From Lytechinus pictus (taxonomy: Eukaryota): 64,000 nucleotides of DNA. Each line of letters begins with the position of its first letter. Positions within the stretch are counted from its first letter, which is position 1. Shown here in pieces: positions 26,779 through 40,109 of the stretch. Location of the stretch: contig NC_087251.1 in assembly GCF_037042905.1 (NCBI RefSeq), forward strand, positions 2,420,001-2,484,000, written 5' to 3'. The notes under the pieces were generated by a model. It was not told the DNA's origin, made no database searches, and was given only the letters and a program-made list of their open reading frames with translations. Both the position numbers and the translations under genes were made by a program.

Positions 26779-27534
26779 CAGTGCGTCCCAGAAAAAACGA
26801 AACCGAGATTTAGCGATGATTTATCATAACTTAATCACAAATACAATAGACAAATGACCTACCATTGTAAGCTTAGAATCTCCTCTTTCATCTGAAATTA
26901 CTTAGATTATTTCTCATTCATGCATGAGTGAGCAAAAGCAATTTGAAGAGGGGATACCAAAGAGTCATTTGGCGGGCTGTATCTGGGTTTCAAAAAGAAA
27001 ACCACATTTCTAAAAAGTTCAATATCTGCTCTTTAATTTGATACCTCAATTACAGAAAATGGTCAAGAAATAAGAAAGTTCTGGTTATTTGAAATAAGGC
27101 TTGAATTTCAATAATTTCATAAAAAATGCATGAAGTCTTTTGTTAACCATGCGATAGCTTCTGTGGGAACCGGTGAAAACACGTTTATTTAATGAAATTA
27201 TGGAAATACAAGCATTATTTCGAGGGAACGTAACTTTTTTACTTCTTGACCATTTTTTGTGATCAAGGTATCAAATTAAAGAGCAGATATTGAACTTTTT
27301 AGGCATGTGATTTTCTTTTTAAAATTCAGATACCCCCCGCCAAATGAGTTTTTGGAATCCTTTCTTCAAATTGTTTTTGCTCACTCATGCGTGAATGAGG
27401 AATAATCTAAGTAATATCAGATGAAAGAGGAGACTCTAAGCTTTACATTGGTAGGTCATTTGTCTATTGTATTTGTGATTAAATTATGATAAATCATCGC
27501 TAAATCTCGGTTTCGTTTTTTCTGGGACGCACTG
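26779..27534. mobile_element. Tc1/mariner-type foldback MITE (756 bp)
   Basis: TA|CAGTGCGTCCCAGAAAAAACGAAACCGAGATTTAGCGATG ... CATCGCTAAATCTCGGTTTCGTTTTTTCTGGGACGCACTG|TA. The inverted arms extend roughly 350 bp and the TSD is TA. Confidence 0.93.
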
Positions 27535-30500
27535 TATAGTGTGAACAAGCAATGTTTTAATACTGGAATGGTGATTTTATTTATTTGTCTGAGTACGAAA
27601 TGTTATTCTAATTTTTATGGTCTGTTATTATTTTTAAAAACTATACATATACCAGACCATTTTCAGACTTCTCAGATTTTCAGTTAGAAGAACACTGATC
27701 TTGTGTTAAACATGGATCCCAAATTTACTTATCCCCAAATATAAGGTATCCATGATTGTATTGATGTTATTGATCTTATATTTGAGGTTTAGAGATTCAG
27801 TATTATAAAGCACCCATGCACACAATAATGATTTGCATTAACATGTACACATTTGCTTATATTGACATTTTACGTAATGCCGATAGAAATACAAATTCAG
27901 TTGACAATTATTTTTTTATTTCAAAAGAAGACTGGTTTTCAGAAGAAATATTTCATTTTTTAAATATAATGACATAATCAAAAAGAATCATCAGGTTTGA
28001 TTTTTTATTTGTTTAAAGTGAATGTATTTTGTTAATAGTATTAGCCTAAAAAAGTCATCCTTGTTTAAGATTTTGTAATGTAGCAGAAACATTTTTATTT
28101 CCTTTTTGTTGCTCTGTCCACATACTTATTTATACATATTAGAACATTAAAAAAATGGTAAATCAAATATTTGTCCATATTCCAAGTTCCATTACTAACG
28201 ATAAATTGATGTTTCCCTTTCTATTGAAAGGTTATGAAATTTATTTGGAATTGATGGGAATGCTGAATATCAGTAAAATGAATGATTTGATAACCTAACA
28301 TTAACTCACTCAACATCTACTTTAGATTTTGTTGATAAGAAAATAAGTAACTCTCACATTCAGTTTGTCTGAACATTTGATACATATTTTGATGATTGCC
28401 AACCTTAATGATATCATACTGATTATTGATAAACGGAAATCAACGAATTTATTTTCTTGAGTATTTTGAAGTATACATCTACATTAGATATGTGCGTTAG
28501 TTATGATTCTAAATAATATGTCAAGAAAACTTTTTTTATGATTATAAATACAAACTTCTTCCTTTTCATTGACATGTAATTCTTGTTCTTACTGAAATGA
28601 ACAAATGTTAAATGCTGTCTTCATGTACCAAAGATTGAAATACCAAATGTTTGAAGATGTGATTTACAAAATGCATTTTAACTGGGTAGCGCTTAATACA
28701 TACTAAAACCTGACCTTGTTTTTAATTACTTCTCATAAAAGAAAAAAAATCATTTTCTTTCCAGTTTTGATTTTTGGTTTCATAATATTTTACTTTTGTT
28801 GATATTTTCTAATGGAAGGAGAAATTTGTCTACATCTACTTAAGATATGTATCTGCTGACTCATAATAAGAGTAAGAATTTTAGATATCTTTGCAAGACG
28901 GTAGACAGTATTCATTATGGTTAATCACAAATGACATGATGATATTTGACATTTCATTATGTTTTTTTTAACTGAAATAGCGATATTTGATAAATATGAT
29001 TATGTTTTCATCTACTGAAGATGCAAATACTTCTCATAAAGCCATAATGTTTTAGTGCTAATTATAAAACCTAATAATTGTAAATTACTTATTCAATACA
29101 TTTTTATTGAAAAAGAATAATAAGCATTCCTTTGATTTCTTCAAAAATTATTTTATTATTTTTTATTACTTTGAAGATGTACATTTTAATGCAAGCAGTA
29201 AGTCAATATTTCCTTTTCAATGATGAAATATGTTTTCTCTTAGGATATTTAACTGAATAATGCATGATTTGGTGGCACAATTTCCCAGTTTAAGTTAAGT
29301 TTATATGAGTGAAACTCTATGTGATAGATCAGAATACGTGAAAAAGTACTGCCTATGTATACATAGATATATATATATGCCTACATCCTATGAAAGGGCG
29401 AAGTCTATGAATGGGTTTATTCCGTCATAATACACATATAGACTTAAAGAAAAAAGGTAGAGGGTGCTAAGGCGCATTACGAAGATTGAAAGAAGACCCC
29501 AAAAATCGCCTTAAGCACAGATGTAGAGAAATATATATATATATATATATTGTTTCACAAAATATTTAAATAAAAGAGTTGCCAAAGCTGTTGTACATGT
29601 ATAATTTCACACATTTATATATATATTTATGTAAGTATTCATGCATTGAAATAGGTAGTAACAAATTAGCCTGGAAATACATGCATGAATAGACAAAATA
29701 TAAAAGAAAACCATTTGTGTGTAGTATATTGAAAGAACAAACGCTGTTGTGAAAGTAATTATGATGATCCAAAAACAAGATAAGTCAGAGAGAGTGAGAT
29801 ATAATATTTGTCCTTCCAGAAAATAGAGCATATATATTTGTGTGTAGAGAGAGGATGGGGCATGTCCCAGTACATATATACGTAGTACAGGGCTGCAGCA
29901 GCCAACGTAACGCATTACCATATGTTGATTTATATGACATTTAGAAGTACTGGATTCTCCATAAAAACATCCTTCGTTCTGCATACAGAGAACTAACCAT
30001 CGGCTGCTATACTTTGCCTGCGTGTAGTTTGTTTGCTATAAACCTACCCAGTATTTGGCCTAAACCCTTTCTCTTACTATCTCTCTCTCTCTTCTTTCTT
30101 TCTTTCTTTACTTTATATTTCTTCCCTTCATTCCTATAACCTCTCTGTGATGTAATGTCTCTCCTTTTTCAGTGGTGTTTAGTATTTTCCCTTATTCCCC
30201 CATATTTATGTGAAAGCTTGTAGGCTGGGTGTATAAATATACATCTTATGTACACTGGCATTTATTCTGCATGCTTGTGTGTACACAGTGGTTGTATGTC
30301 TTGATTGTGTATTGGTACAGGTAACTGTTTGGATGTATGTGTGTATTCCTGTCATCTAGGCCTGATTCTGACATGTTAAGAATAATGATTAAATTATGAA
30401 GATGATGAAAACAATGGTGGTTATGATGTCATTGCTGTCAGTTGTTTGATTTGTTTCTATATTTTAATGTTTTAAATTTCAAATAGAATTGAAAACCATT

Positions 30501-31537
30501 GATATGATAATATGAATTCAGTCATTTCATTTGCTGACGTGTGAAAGTCATCAATGCAATCATTCAAAAAGCTTAAACTATAATTGATGATAGCAGTTTT
30601 TGGTCTATGAAGGTCAACTAAATACACTTATTTTGTTTTGTTTTATATTGATTCTAGTCTAATAAGAAAAAATAGTAATAAGACAAATCTACCATCTTTT
30701 GGTAAAATTCAGATTGAATTTTAATTTTTTTTGCCTACAATTACAAGCTGCATATTTTGAGCAGCTACTTTAGACTGATATGGTTACCATATATTTCTGA
30801 AAATGTGTAATTGATTGAAGCCAAATTGCAAAGAAATATACTAGTTTTTTTTAAACAAATTGAGAAGAAGTGTAAATATGTGATTTGTGAAAGCTTTTAA
30901 AGTGATGTAAAAATGTATTTAGACAGTCGTTATTAGATGATAAAGTAACTAGATGTAAAAAAGTAAACAAGGTTACAAATGAGAAGAAGAAGAAAACAAG
31001 AACACTATATATATATATAGAAAGAAGATGAGGAGGAGGAGGGAGAGGAGATTGTAGGGGGAAAAGGAGAATGAGGAGAAGAAGAAAGGACAAGTCATAA
31101 AGGGAGAAGGGAGCAAGACAAGTCTGCAGACGTGAGAAGAAATGAAATAAGATGGAACACATTTAGACAATGTAAATATAGACAGGCATTGGTTAGTTTG
31201 TATTAGATGTCATTTGATTGACTAGAGAGGTTCACTGCTCCTTCAATCATTATACAACCATCATTAATTCATGACTTTTATCATCTCATATCAACTTTCT
31301 GTGTCTACATAAAATCAACTTGAACGACTTGTCTTTGCTTTTATATTGATTAGTTGTTTTATCGTTATAGTCTCTCTCAGGTCCAATTTTTTTTTCATTC
31401 TTTTTTCAAAAAAATAATGAAAAAGTTTAGATTATTTTTTTCATGATATAGAATGTCTGCATGATTTCTTAGGGTCGTTGGGTAATGAAATATTTTTGGG
31501 AGGAATGAGGCCTTGCAAGCTATTGAGATCATGATAA

Positions 31538-31569
<32 letters not shown>

Positions 31570-31645
31570 ATTAGGAAAATATTTTTTTTCATACATAAAA
31601 ATGTTTGATATGGAGCATACATGACTACTATCACCATTTTTATCT

Positions 31646-31712
31646 CAATACAATACAATATAAGTATTTATATAGCGCTCTTCACAATGATTGTATCACA
31701 GCGCTTTACAAA
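31646..31712 (-). mobile_element. 3'-terminal fragment of a SINE or LINE (L2/CR1-type tail)
   Basis: The minus strand reads TGTAAAGCGCTGTGATAC...GAAGAGCGCTATATAAATAC followed by (ATTGT)n, the same tail architecture as the SINE at 634-948. Confidence 0.5.
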
Positions 31713-34700
31713 ATGAGCAAAATCAAAATTGTGAAAACAAAATACATACATACATAAATAACAAATAAATCTCCATCTGTCAATATCCCTTTAATCATGG
31801 TTCTAAATTTTATCAATATAATAATGGGATTGATTTGTTAAAGATTAGTTGACGATTTGATATGTATATACAAATAGGCCTACTTACATGTATATTTGTA
31901 CTTACACAGATATTAATCTTAGCATATTCTGTAATATTTATCAACTCATGAACAATAAATGATTTGATAAAAAATTATTTGTGTTGTGGTTTAGTTACCT
32001 TTATTTATTGCAACTTCATTAAGTAACTGTTTTTTGTATTAAAAACACCCTGTGATTATGATATCATAACTTGCTTTCACATAACTCTTAATTGATTTTT
32101 TTTTTATCCATTCTGCTGTCTTTATAAAAATCTTATTTTTACCAATTCTGATATCAGCATGGTTTCTTAAAATAAAAATATCATTTGTACAATCTAAGGA
32201 AATATCTCAAATTTTTTTTAGATTAGGTGTTTGAAAGTGGTGTAAATTATGTTATTAGTTATCTATATTTCATAGGTGGAATCCAAAGAAAGCCACATGT
32301 TGAATAACACACATTTAATTTATAGCTTTATAGTTTTATTTTTAGCAGAAATCCAAGGATGTTAATGTTAAACTATTAAACTGATCCAACAATAAATGCT
32401 GGTATGATTTATACACAGATTCAAAGAGCTTTCACCTTGGTGGAGTTTCAAGGTTTCTTTATTACGATAAAGTTATTGTGTTGTAATGCTCAAGAAGTTA
32501 AGTAGGATATAAAAAAAAAGAAACATCTGTGTAAAATATATAGGGAAGGGAGTGTCATCACGCCCCGCCCCGGGAGCGAGGATTCAACTCTCCATTGTTC
32601 ATTCATCATTCATCTTGTCAATAAAAATGAATAATTCATTTTGTGGTGTAATAAAGTCCCTGTTCCATACTATCCATGCATAGCGAAGATAAATGAGGTA
32701 GGATGGAGTATAGAACCATTTACACACATTTGATATGGTTTATTTATCCCAGCATATTCAGGAGGGAATGGAAGGAAATGATAGTCTTTGCTAAGATGAC
32801 GGCCTGCCTCGTACTATACAGAGATATGGGATGGCTAGCAAGCCTTCTAATTTGCAATTCATCGGCACAATTGTAGCCCCAGCCAAACTAATTTGCGCTG
32901 CTGTCGCCATAAAGGTCACATATGCGATAGCACGCATTATCATGATACTGGATGGGGTGAAGAGACTTACAGACAATCAGAGGGAGGGGGATATTGGTGA
33001 AAAAACCTTATCTTTAGGGTTACTGTAGTGTTTAAAATTCTTTGCCATTTCTAAGGAACTTCCTGACAATATACTGTGTCTTTAAAGTCAACTTGCTATG
33101 GTGTATGTTTGTGTCATGTGAATTATTAATCGTGTACAAGCTTATTGAACAACTATTCACATCTTTATTTTCTCTGTCCATGTTAAATACTGGAACATGT
33201 ATACTTCAAGAAATATCCACAAAAGTGATTCAGATTATTTCATAAATCTTTGATTTGAAATTGTATAATTTCTTTTATTCATGTTTAATAGGATAATCAT
33301 ATCAAAATCTTCTTGATTTCAAATGAATATTGGATTGAAAATTATGGCAATCATGGGGGAATATTAAAATGCATCATAATTCTAGCAGTCACACAAGCAT
33401 CCAAATCTATTATATGGATTTTCTTAACATCTAAAATTTTATTGTATATAAGAAGTATCAAACTATATTCATTTTCAAACCTTAGACCATGATCTGAGTT
33501 GAGTAAAATACGAAGTTTCATGTTATTTGTTATCCCAGGCATAAGGATCAATGAAAGGATACTATAAAGTCGAATAAGCCTTTTATTTTTTTCAAAAATC
33601 ATCATTATATCTGATAAAGTAGGATTATTGAACCAAAATGGAAGAATAAAGAATGTGTCATATGTTCTTGGCATTGAAGTCTGTGTATTAATTTCATTTA
33701 TAGATATAGCATATATTTCTGTCACTGTAGAGAAGAATTTGTCATGATTAAGCCTTTGTACTTTTATGTGACTTATAAGTTGATATTCATGGCCAGTTAC
33801 ATGGTATTTTATTGGGGATGACTAAAACAGGACATTGTTTTTTTAATATAGGTACACATTGCAGGTCTCTTGTTTATAATTTTCTTTTCCAGTCACCTAT
33901 TTCCCCTTTCATCACTACTAGAAAAATCATGCCCCTTATTCTACTTGTGCTAATTACACTTATTCAAAGGTAAATTCTAATTCTTTGTATGCTTGTGACT
34001 AAAAACAATATATTTTTTTTTTGGGGGGGTATTCATTTGTTGAATATATTGTACAAGGTTGAACTGTTTGACAATTAGTCACTCTAGATTTGTGACTATG
34101 ACTGTTATAACTTTCTTTCTCCTCTGTTTGCTTGAGCATTATGTGTGAAAATAAAAATCAATTCATCTATTCATCAGCACCATGCTATCTTAATAGAGGT
34201 GCCCTTTCATCATTATAGCTCAATTTCATACATTCTGCAAAGTCATTATGACATGGAATGGTATTGAATGCATTTTGAAATTGACAGTGACCTGTCAACA
34301 AAATTATCAGTAGGAATAATTGGTGACAAATTTCCTTATAAGCCTATATAGTTTTGTTACCAACTATTTTTGATAAAAAATATCCGAGGTTACTTAGGAA
34401 TTCATTTCTTAAGATTTTGCAATTGTCAACACATCTTTCTTCATAAATCTGATTGAAATAGGAATAAAGTCGATGAGTAATTTCCCTGAGTTGAATATGC
34501 CATTGTTTGAACATTTACCTAAACCTGCTAAATTCCAGTGGAAATAAACAGACACAGCTTAAGTACTTTTTGGCCCCTTTTTGTATAGTGCTAATGAAAG
34601 TTTGATGTGCAAAGGATATTTTGACTTTGTAATAAGGCGTAAATAAATGATATTTGAGAATTTTCACTTTTATTATCTCCTGACTTCTTCCCCAACCATT

Positions 34701-35659
34701 TCTTTTAAAATTAAAAGTAGGCCTACATCTCTTAACCAGTCTTCTATGGTCATATTTGAATAAGGTAAAGTGGTGGTGATAAAAAAAAAAGAATTTTGGG
34801 CTCATTCTTTTCTCTGTCTGTGTCTTCATAATTATGTGATAAATAATAAAATTTCATTCTTCCATACCATATAACTAATTCATTTCTTTACAGTGGATCA
34901 CTGCATAAACTTAATCACATATTCATATGAACGTCTGCTGCTAACTCCGTTACGCACATCCCCAGCCCGTTATCAACACAATTGGTGTGAATACATCGTG
35001 CACCCGGTATAGATTTTCTTTCTTTGTATGTGAGTGGGAGAGAATCCTGCTACATGTGTGTGAAAGCTAGGATCAGCGTGTGGAATGGTCATAAATATTA
35101 ATGGTCCTACAACCTACACTTGAGAACCACCTTGTTTGCATAGTGTAGTGCATGGAATATTGGTCCTTAAAATATTGCTACGTAATGGCTGTTGAAATGG
35201 AGCTACAGAAAACACTCTACTATAAAGTATATGCAATTCAAATGACAAGGTCGCTTCTGTTGCTAAAATTATTGTATCATGATAAATCTTTTGTTGTTGC
35301 AATAATTGATAGCCTCTTACCATTTTATTAATTTTGAAAATTATCAGAGTTGCATTCCCTCCATTTCAACTGTAGGAGAAAATCAAGTATTACAGTGGTA
35401 AATGACCCCATCTCCCTACTGGAAAAAAACTCATAATCTGAATTTCATAATTCAACAGTTATTGGGCTAATCTTCATATTGCCAAGACGTCATGTAAAAT
35501 TGTTTAACAATTGCAGCGTAATAATTAATTGCTGATTTGTGGAGGGTTTTTTTGGTTGAACTTGTCTAAATCTTAACCATTAGTATGCTACATATATTTT
35601 TTAAGTTGATCTTTGCTCTAATAGGCAACCATCTGCTTGGTATGAGGAAACCTGGCTAG

Positions 35660-35900
35660 AATTGATTTGATTTGATGTAAATCGATTTTATTTTGATTGA
35701 ATTGATTTTGAATGACTTGAATTATGTTGATCTTAATTAAATTAATTTGATTTGATTTGGTTTAGTTTTATATGGTTTTGAATTTTTTGTTTGATTTGAT
35801 TTAATTCAAAATTGATGTGATTTAATATGATCAGAATCGATTTGATTTGAATTGATATGAATAAATATAATTGATTTCAATTTATTTGATTTGAATTGAT
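35660..35900. repeat. Degenerate (ATTTG)n pentanucleotide tract
   Basis: Repeated TTGAT/TTGAA pentamers over about 240 bp. Confidence 0.8.
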
Positions 35901-37271
35901 ATATTTTCCAAAATTAATTAGTCATTCAGAGAGGGAAAAAATACAGTTCATGACAGTTGCGTAATTCATAAAATGAAAAATATTTTCTGATCAGAAAACA
36001 AATTACTACTAAACATCCTGTCATAATCAGTTATAAAATATTTACTGCAAAGCCAAAGGAAATTATTGTAAATTTTGAGAGAAAAGGAATATCAATAACT
36101 TATTGTACCAAACCGTGCATGTAACTACATCAGACTTGCTTCATTTTATTTGATAAAATTTTGTCTACTTCATAAAGATATTTTTTTTAATCCAAAAGCA
36201 AATCTATTTGTGTGCCATGGAGGGTTGGTTTTGTGTTTCAAAGATCCTATCCAGGTAATCAAATATGGATGAGTTTTGGAATCAGTGAACATTTTTTTGC
36301 TATGAATACTTAATGGACTAGGCATCCTATAGCAGCTGTAAATGTCAGGCAATGATAATGTTCCCATGCCCATATTCACTCTCATCAAGGCACCAACTAT
36401 TCTAAAGTATCAGACTAATCTAATATCATTCCGTAAACAGAGCTTTCATTCCCTGGCTGTATTGAAGGAGGAGATCAACTATAAAGCTTTATGTTATGAA
36501 TTTATCTAAAACAATGAGTATAGTCTGTGAATTATTACTCTCAGTTTTTTTTCATGTGAATGAGAAGGGTCTGAAAAGGCAAACTAGGCACGCCTTTGCT
36601 CCACCTTGCTCCTGTATTCCGCTCACTTGCTAGGCTTGAGATTAGGTCATGATTACCAGGTTGATTTTGCGTTTATAGCGTTTTGTATAATTTGCATGTA
36701 TCCTGCTCCCCGTCAACAATACATGGCTTGTTTTCCATGCATATTGTTCCTATTAGTATTACTCTTTTTTTTAAGAGCATTTCAATATTATTTTGGTGAT
36801 GTGGTGATATCCATAAGTTTATTTCTATATTTTAAAGAAATTCAGAATGATACACCTATATGCTGCATTAATTTGGGGGGTTTGTTTCACAAACTGCTAT
36901 ATTGTTTATAATGTATATAAGTATGATATAAAAGCTGATAAAAAAACTAAGAGGAACAGTTAGTATAGTATATGGCCTCTGTGACTATTGAAACATTTGT
37001 TTTTTTGCCTGTGATTGATATGTACATCAATCATGTATGACTTGATGGATTAATGAAATACATTTTTCTGCTTGTGAATCATGTTTCACTTATAATTGGT
37101 GAATTCATAACATCCCTTTTTGAAAAATAAATTATTGTTGATGGTTCAAATTTCAAAATCTCATATATCCATTATTAAATTGGGGAATAATTGATAATTT
37201 GTTGAAATTAAACTGTTCTAGATCATTTTTTTCCCATTTATTTTGGTCAGAAGTATTAAGGTAGGAGAACG

Positions 37272-37560
37272 CCCGGGGGGGGGGGGGGGTACTTGACCAA
37301 AAAAGTGGTAGGTATGTGCCGCGGGCGAGACAAAAAACGGGGGCCTTGGAGCGGGCTTATTGTAAAAAGGAGAGTCCTCGAAACGGGCTTCGGAACTACA
37401 AATGTTTATGAAAACGGGGGTCCTTGGAGTGGGCCGCCTGCGTTTGAGTGCGTATGCATCCCTATGGAACAGGCATACGTGCATGCAGCTAAAATGGGGG
37501 TCTCCTCCGCGGCACATACCCACCATGCATTATATACTGAGTGCCCCCCCCCCCCCCCGG
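37272..37560. mobile_element. MITE with CCCGGGG... terminal inverted repeats
   Basis: Left end CCC(G)nTACTTGA...GGTAGGTATGTGCCGCGG, right end CCGCGGCACATACCCACC...TGAGTG(C)nGG. (GG)AGAACG is duplicated at both flanks (6-8 bp depending on the boundary). There are three internal AAAACGGGGGYCCTTGGAG-like repeats. Confidence 0.88.
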
Positions 37561-37904
37561 AGAACGAAGGTGATAAAAGCTTGAGAAAAGAAAAAAAATG
37601 ATTTCATATGTTTTAAAATGTGTTTTAGAATAATATATCAAAAACCTCCTTATGGTTGATGATGCGTGAACTAATACATCAGTGTGGAATGTCAAGGCTA
37701 TATAATGAACTAGTCATAACATTATGATCCATTCTACTTACCTTGCTATAGTAAAAACTTTATCATGGAACAATGTACATTTGATCAATTAAGGGTTTGC
37801 TTGACAGTGAAGTGGCATTTTAAAGGTGTAAGACTACCCTGGTAATACATTTTAATAGGATTCTTTTTTTTTTTAAGTGTAATGATAGAGAAAATTGAGG
37901 TTAA

Positions 37905-38490
37905 AGGGGGACCTAGCCTTGGTCATAAAAGTTGTGTTGGAAAGGAGAAAAATAAAGAAAACAGAATGGTGAAAATTTGAAAGAAATCAGACAAGCAATA
38001 AAGTTATGGCTGCTTTAAAATTGAGATCCCTAAGACTGTAGATGTCAAATTGGTAACTGGGTAAGTAAATTATGACAAGGACAACTTTCCCATTGGCCAT
38101 GTACTTAATTATCAGGAATTTATGGTTTCCTCCTATAAGTACCCATTCCCTTGGGGCAGTAATCTAATTATAAACCAGGTAGTATATTGTTTTATGTCCT
38201 CATGAAAGAAAAATGTAATTTGAAGTATAACTTTTGAAAAAAATGAAATTTTAGCCATTTTATGTATTGAAGTAAATGAAAGAGTAGCCCTTGCCTTACA
38301 TCACTTTGACATCACATATGCGGCCAATTTGAAGTCTCCATGGGTATAGTGATTACCAATTTTTAAACCTTTTAAAAATTCATAACTTTCTGATTGTTTG
38401 TCCGATATTGTTCAAACTTTCACCTATCAGCTTGTCTGATTTTTTTTCTTTTCCTCTAAAAACAAGTTTTTATTTGGGTTAGATTTCCCT
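37905..38490. mobile_element. TTAA-flanked MITE (Kolobok-like)
   Basis: TTAA|AGGGGGACCTAGCC ... GGTTAGATTTCCCT|TTAA, with diverged ~110-bp inverted arms (GGTGAAAATTTGAAAGAAATCAGACAA / TTGTCCGATATTGTTCAAACTTTCACC). Confidence 0.8.
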
Positions 38491-39940
38491 TTAAATAGAA
38501 ATAGTCATTCTTATTGACCACTATTCATTTGGTAATAAATTTCATCATGTATTCTCCAGTTTTCATCTTTTTGTTTATTATTTACTTTTTGCATTAGAAA
38601 CTCTTCTGTCTATACAAGTCCTGAAAATATAAGTTATAAGAAAATTCATAGTATTTTTTCAATTTTATTCATTTTTTGGTTAAATAGGAGTTAATTTTTT
38701 CTCTTTAAAAAAATGCATTAAGGCTCAGTGGAGACTAACATGATTGGTTAGAAAAGAACTACAGATATTTGTTTTAATTTTTCTATTTCAGAGGGGTTAG
38801 GAAAAGCCTATTTGTATTGGTTTTTGTAAAAACTGATATATTGATCAAATAGATTAATCTCCTTAGTATAACAAATCATGAACAAGTTTTGTGTGTGTAA
38901 TTTAGAGATATTTGGAAACAGATCATTCCAGAGTTCAAATCCCTGAGAGCCCAATTAATGAATAACATTAGACATGCGTAATCATAATTTTCATAGTTGT
39001 TGCTACAGAAACAGAAAATGAAATTATGATGAGAGGACACAGAGGCTGAAATTTGAAATGGGCCCCAATCAGCTATGCTGTCACCATTACAGATGTATCT
39101 CTAATGAAACAATTATGTTTCTTTTGAAAAAGATGTGTCTGAGTTTTATATCTGTAAAACTCAATTAAAAGCATGACGTCAAGCAGAAATGAATTTAACA
39201 CAGGTTGAATGGATGATGTATTGTAGTTCACATGACTGATTGTGTCTTTCAAAGCTTGTATGGGTAATTCATTAGTAGGCAAATTGTTATGGAGTAATTA
39301 TCTTTTAAACCCTGGGATTTGGCTAGTTGAAGTGAGTATGTTGGTATTACTCTTGATCAACTACTACATACTTCTAAGGTAAAGGATAGTTAAGAATAAA
39401 TCCCTTTTACTATCATCTGTTTATTTCTTTCTATTCCCTTTTACCTTTATTGTTGACACTTTGGAGGGGATGAGTTAGAAACCTGCAAAAAAGTTTGGTT
39501 AGTATATGAATAAGCTAAAAAATGTTAACTTTGTTACTCACTCTCAATTAAATATAAATGATGGAGAAAGAAATCAAAATTAAAATCCTGTTTATGGGTG
39601 AAAAAATGAATGGCCTGAAAGAAAAAAGATTGTTATTCTGGTGTAAAATAAGTATATAGGGGAAAAATATATTAATCATTAATAACCAACGAAAGCACAC
39701 TGTTTGTAAAACACATAACTGGCTCAGTCACTTACAACTCTTTAAGGTAAGATTTGAAGAAAAAAAATCAACAAATCAGACCTGTCAAAATAAGGGAGAA
39801 GGTACAATAAAGCATGCACACTCATGCCCTGAGAAAATCAAGAAATCATATTTACGTGAAGATAATTATAACCAAACACCATTTTTTTCAATATCTTGCC
39901 CATTTTAACTGGTATGTTAAAACCATTTTGATTGTTTTAA

Positions 39941-40109
39941 GATTCATATCGTTGCAGGAACGCCCTTAGCACTATACTTTTGGGCATTATATGCGCGCAG
40001 AAACACCCTTAGTTGCGCGCATAAGGGCATTGCGTATGTGCATTTCATCATTGGTGAGGTTTGCCGAAGTGTGGTGCTAAGGGCGTTCCTACACCGACAC
40101 AATGATATC
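39941..40109. mobile_element. Short palindromic MITE
   Basis: Inverted arms AGGAACGCCCTTAGCAC / GTGCTAAGGGCGTTCCT, an internal hairpin ATGCGCGCA/TGCGCGCAT, and TTAA on both flanks. Confidence 0.7.
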
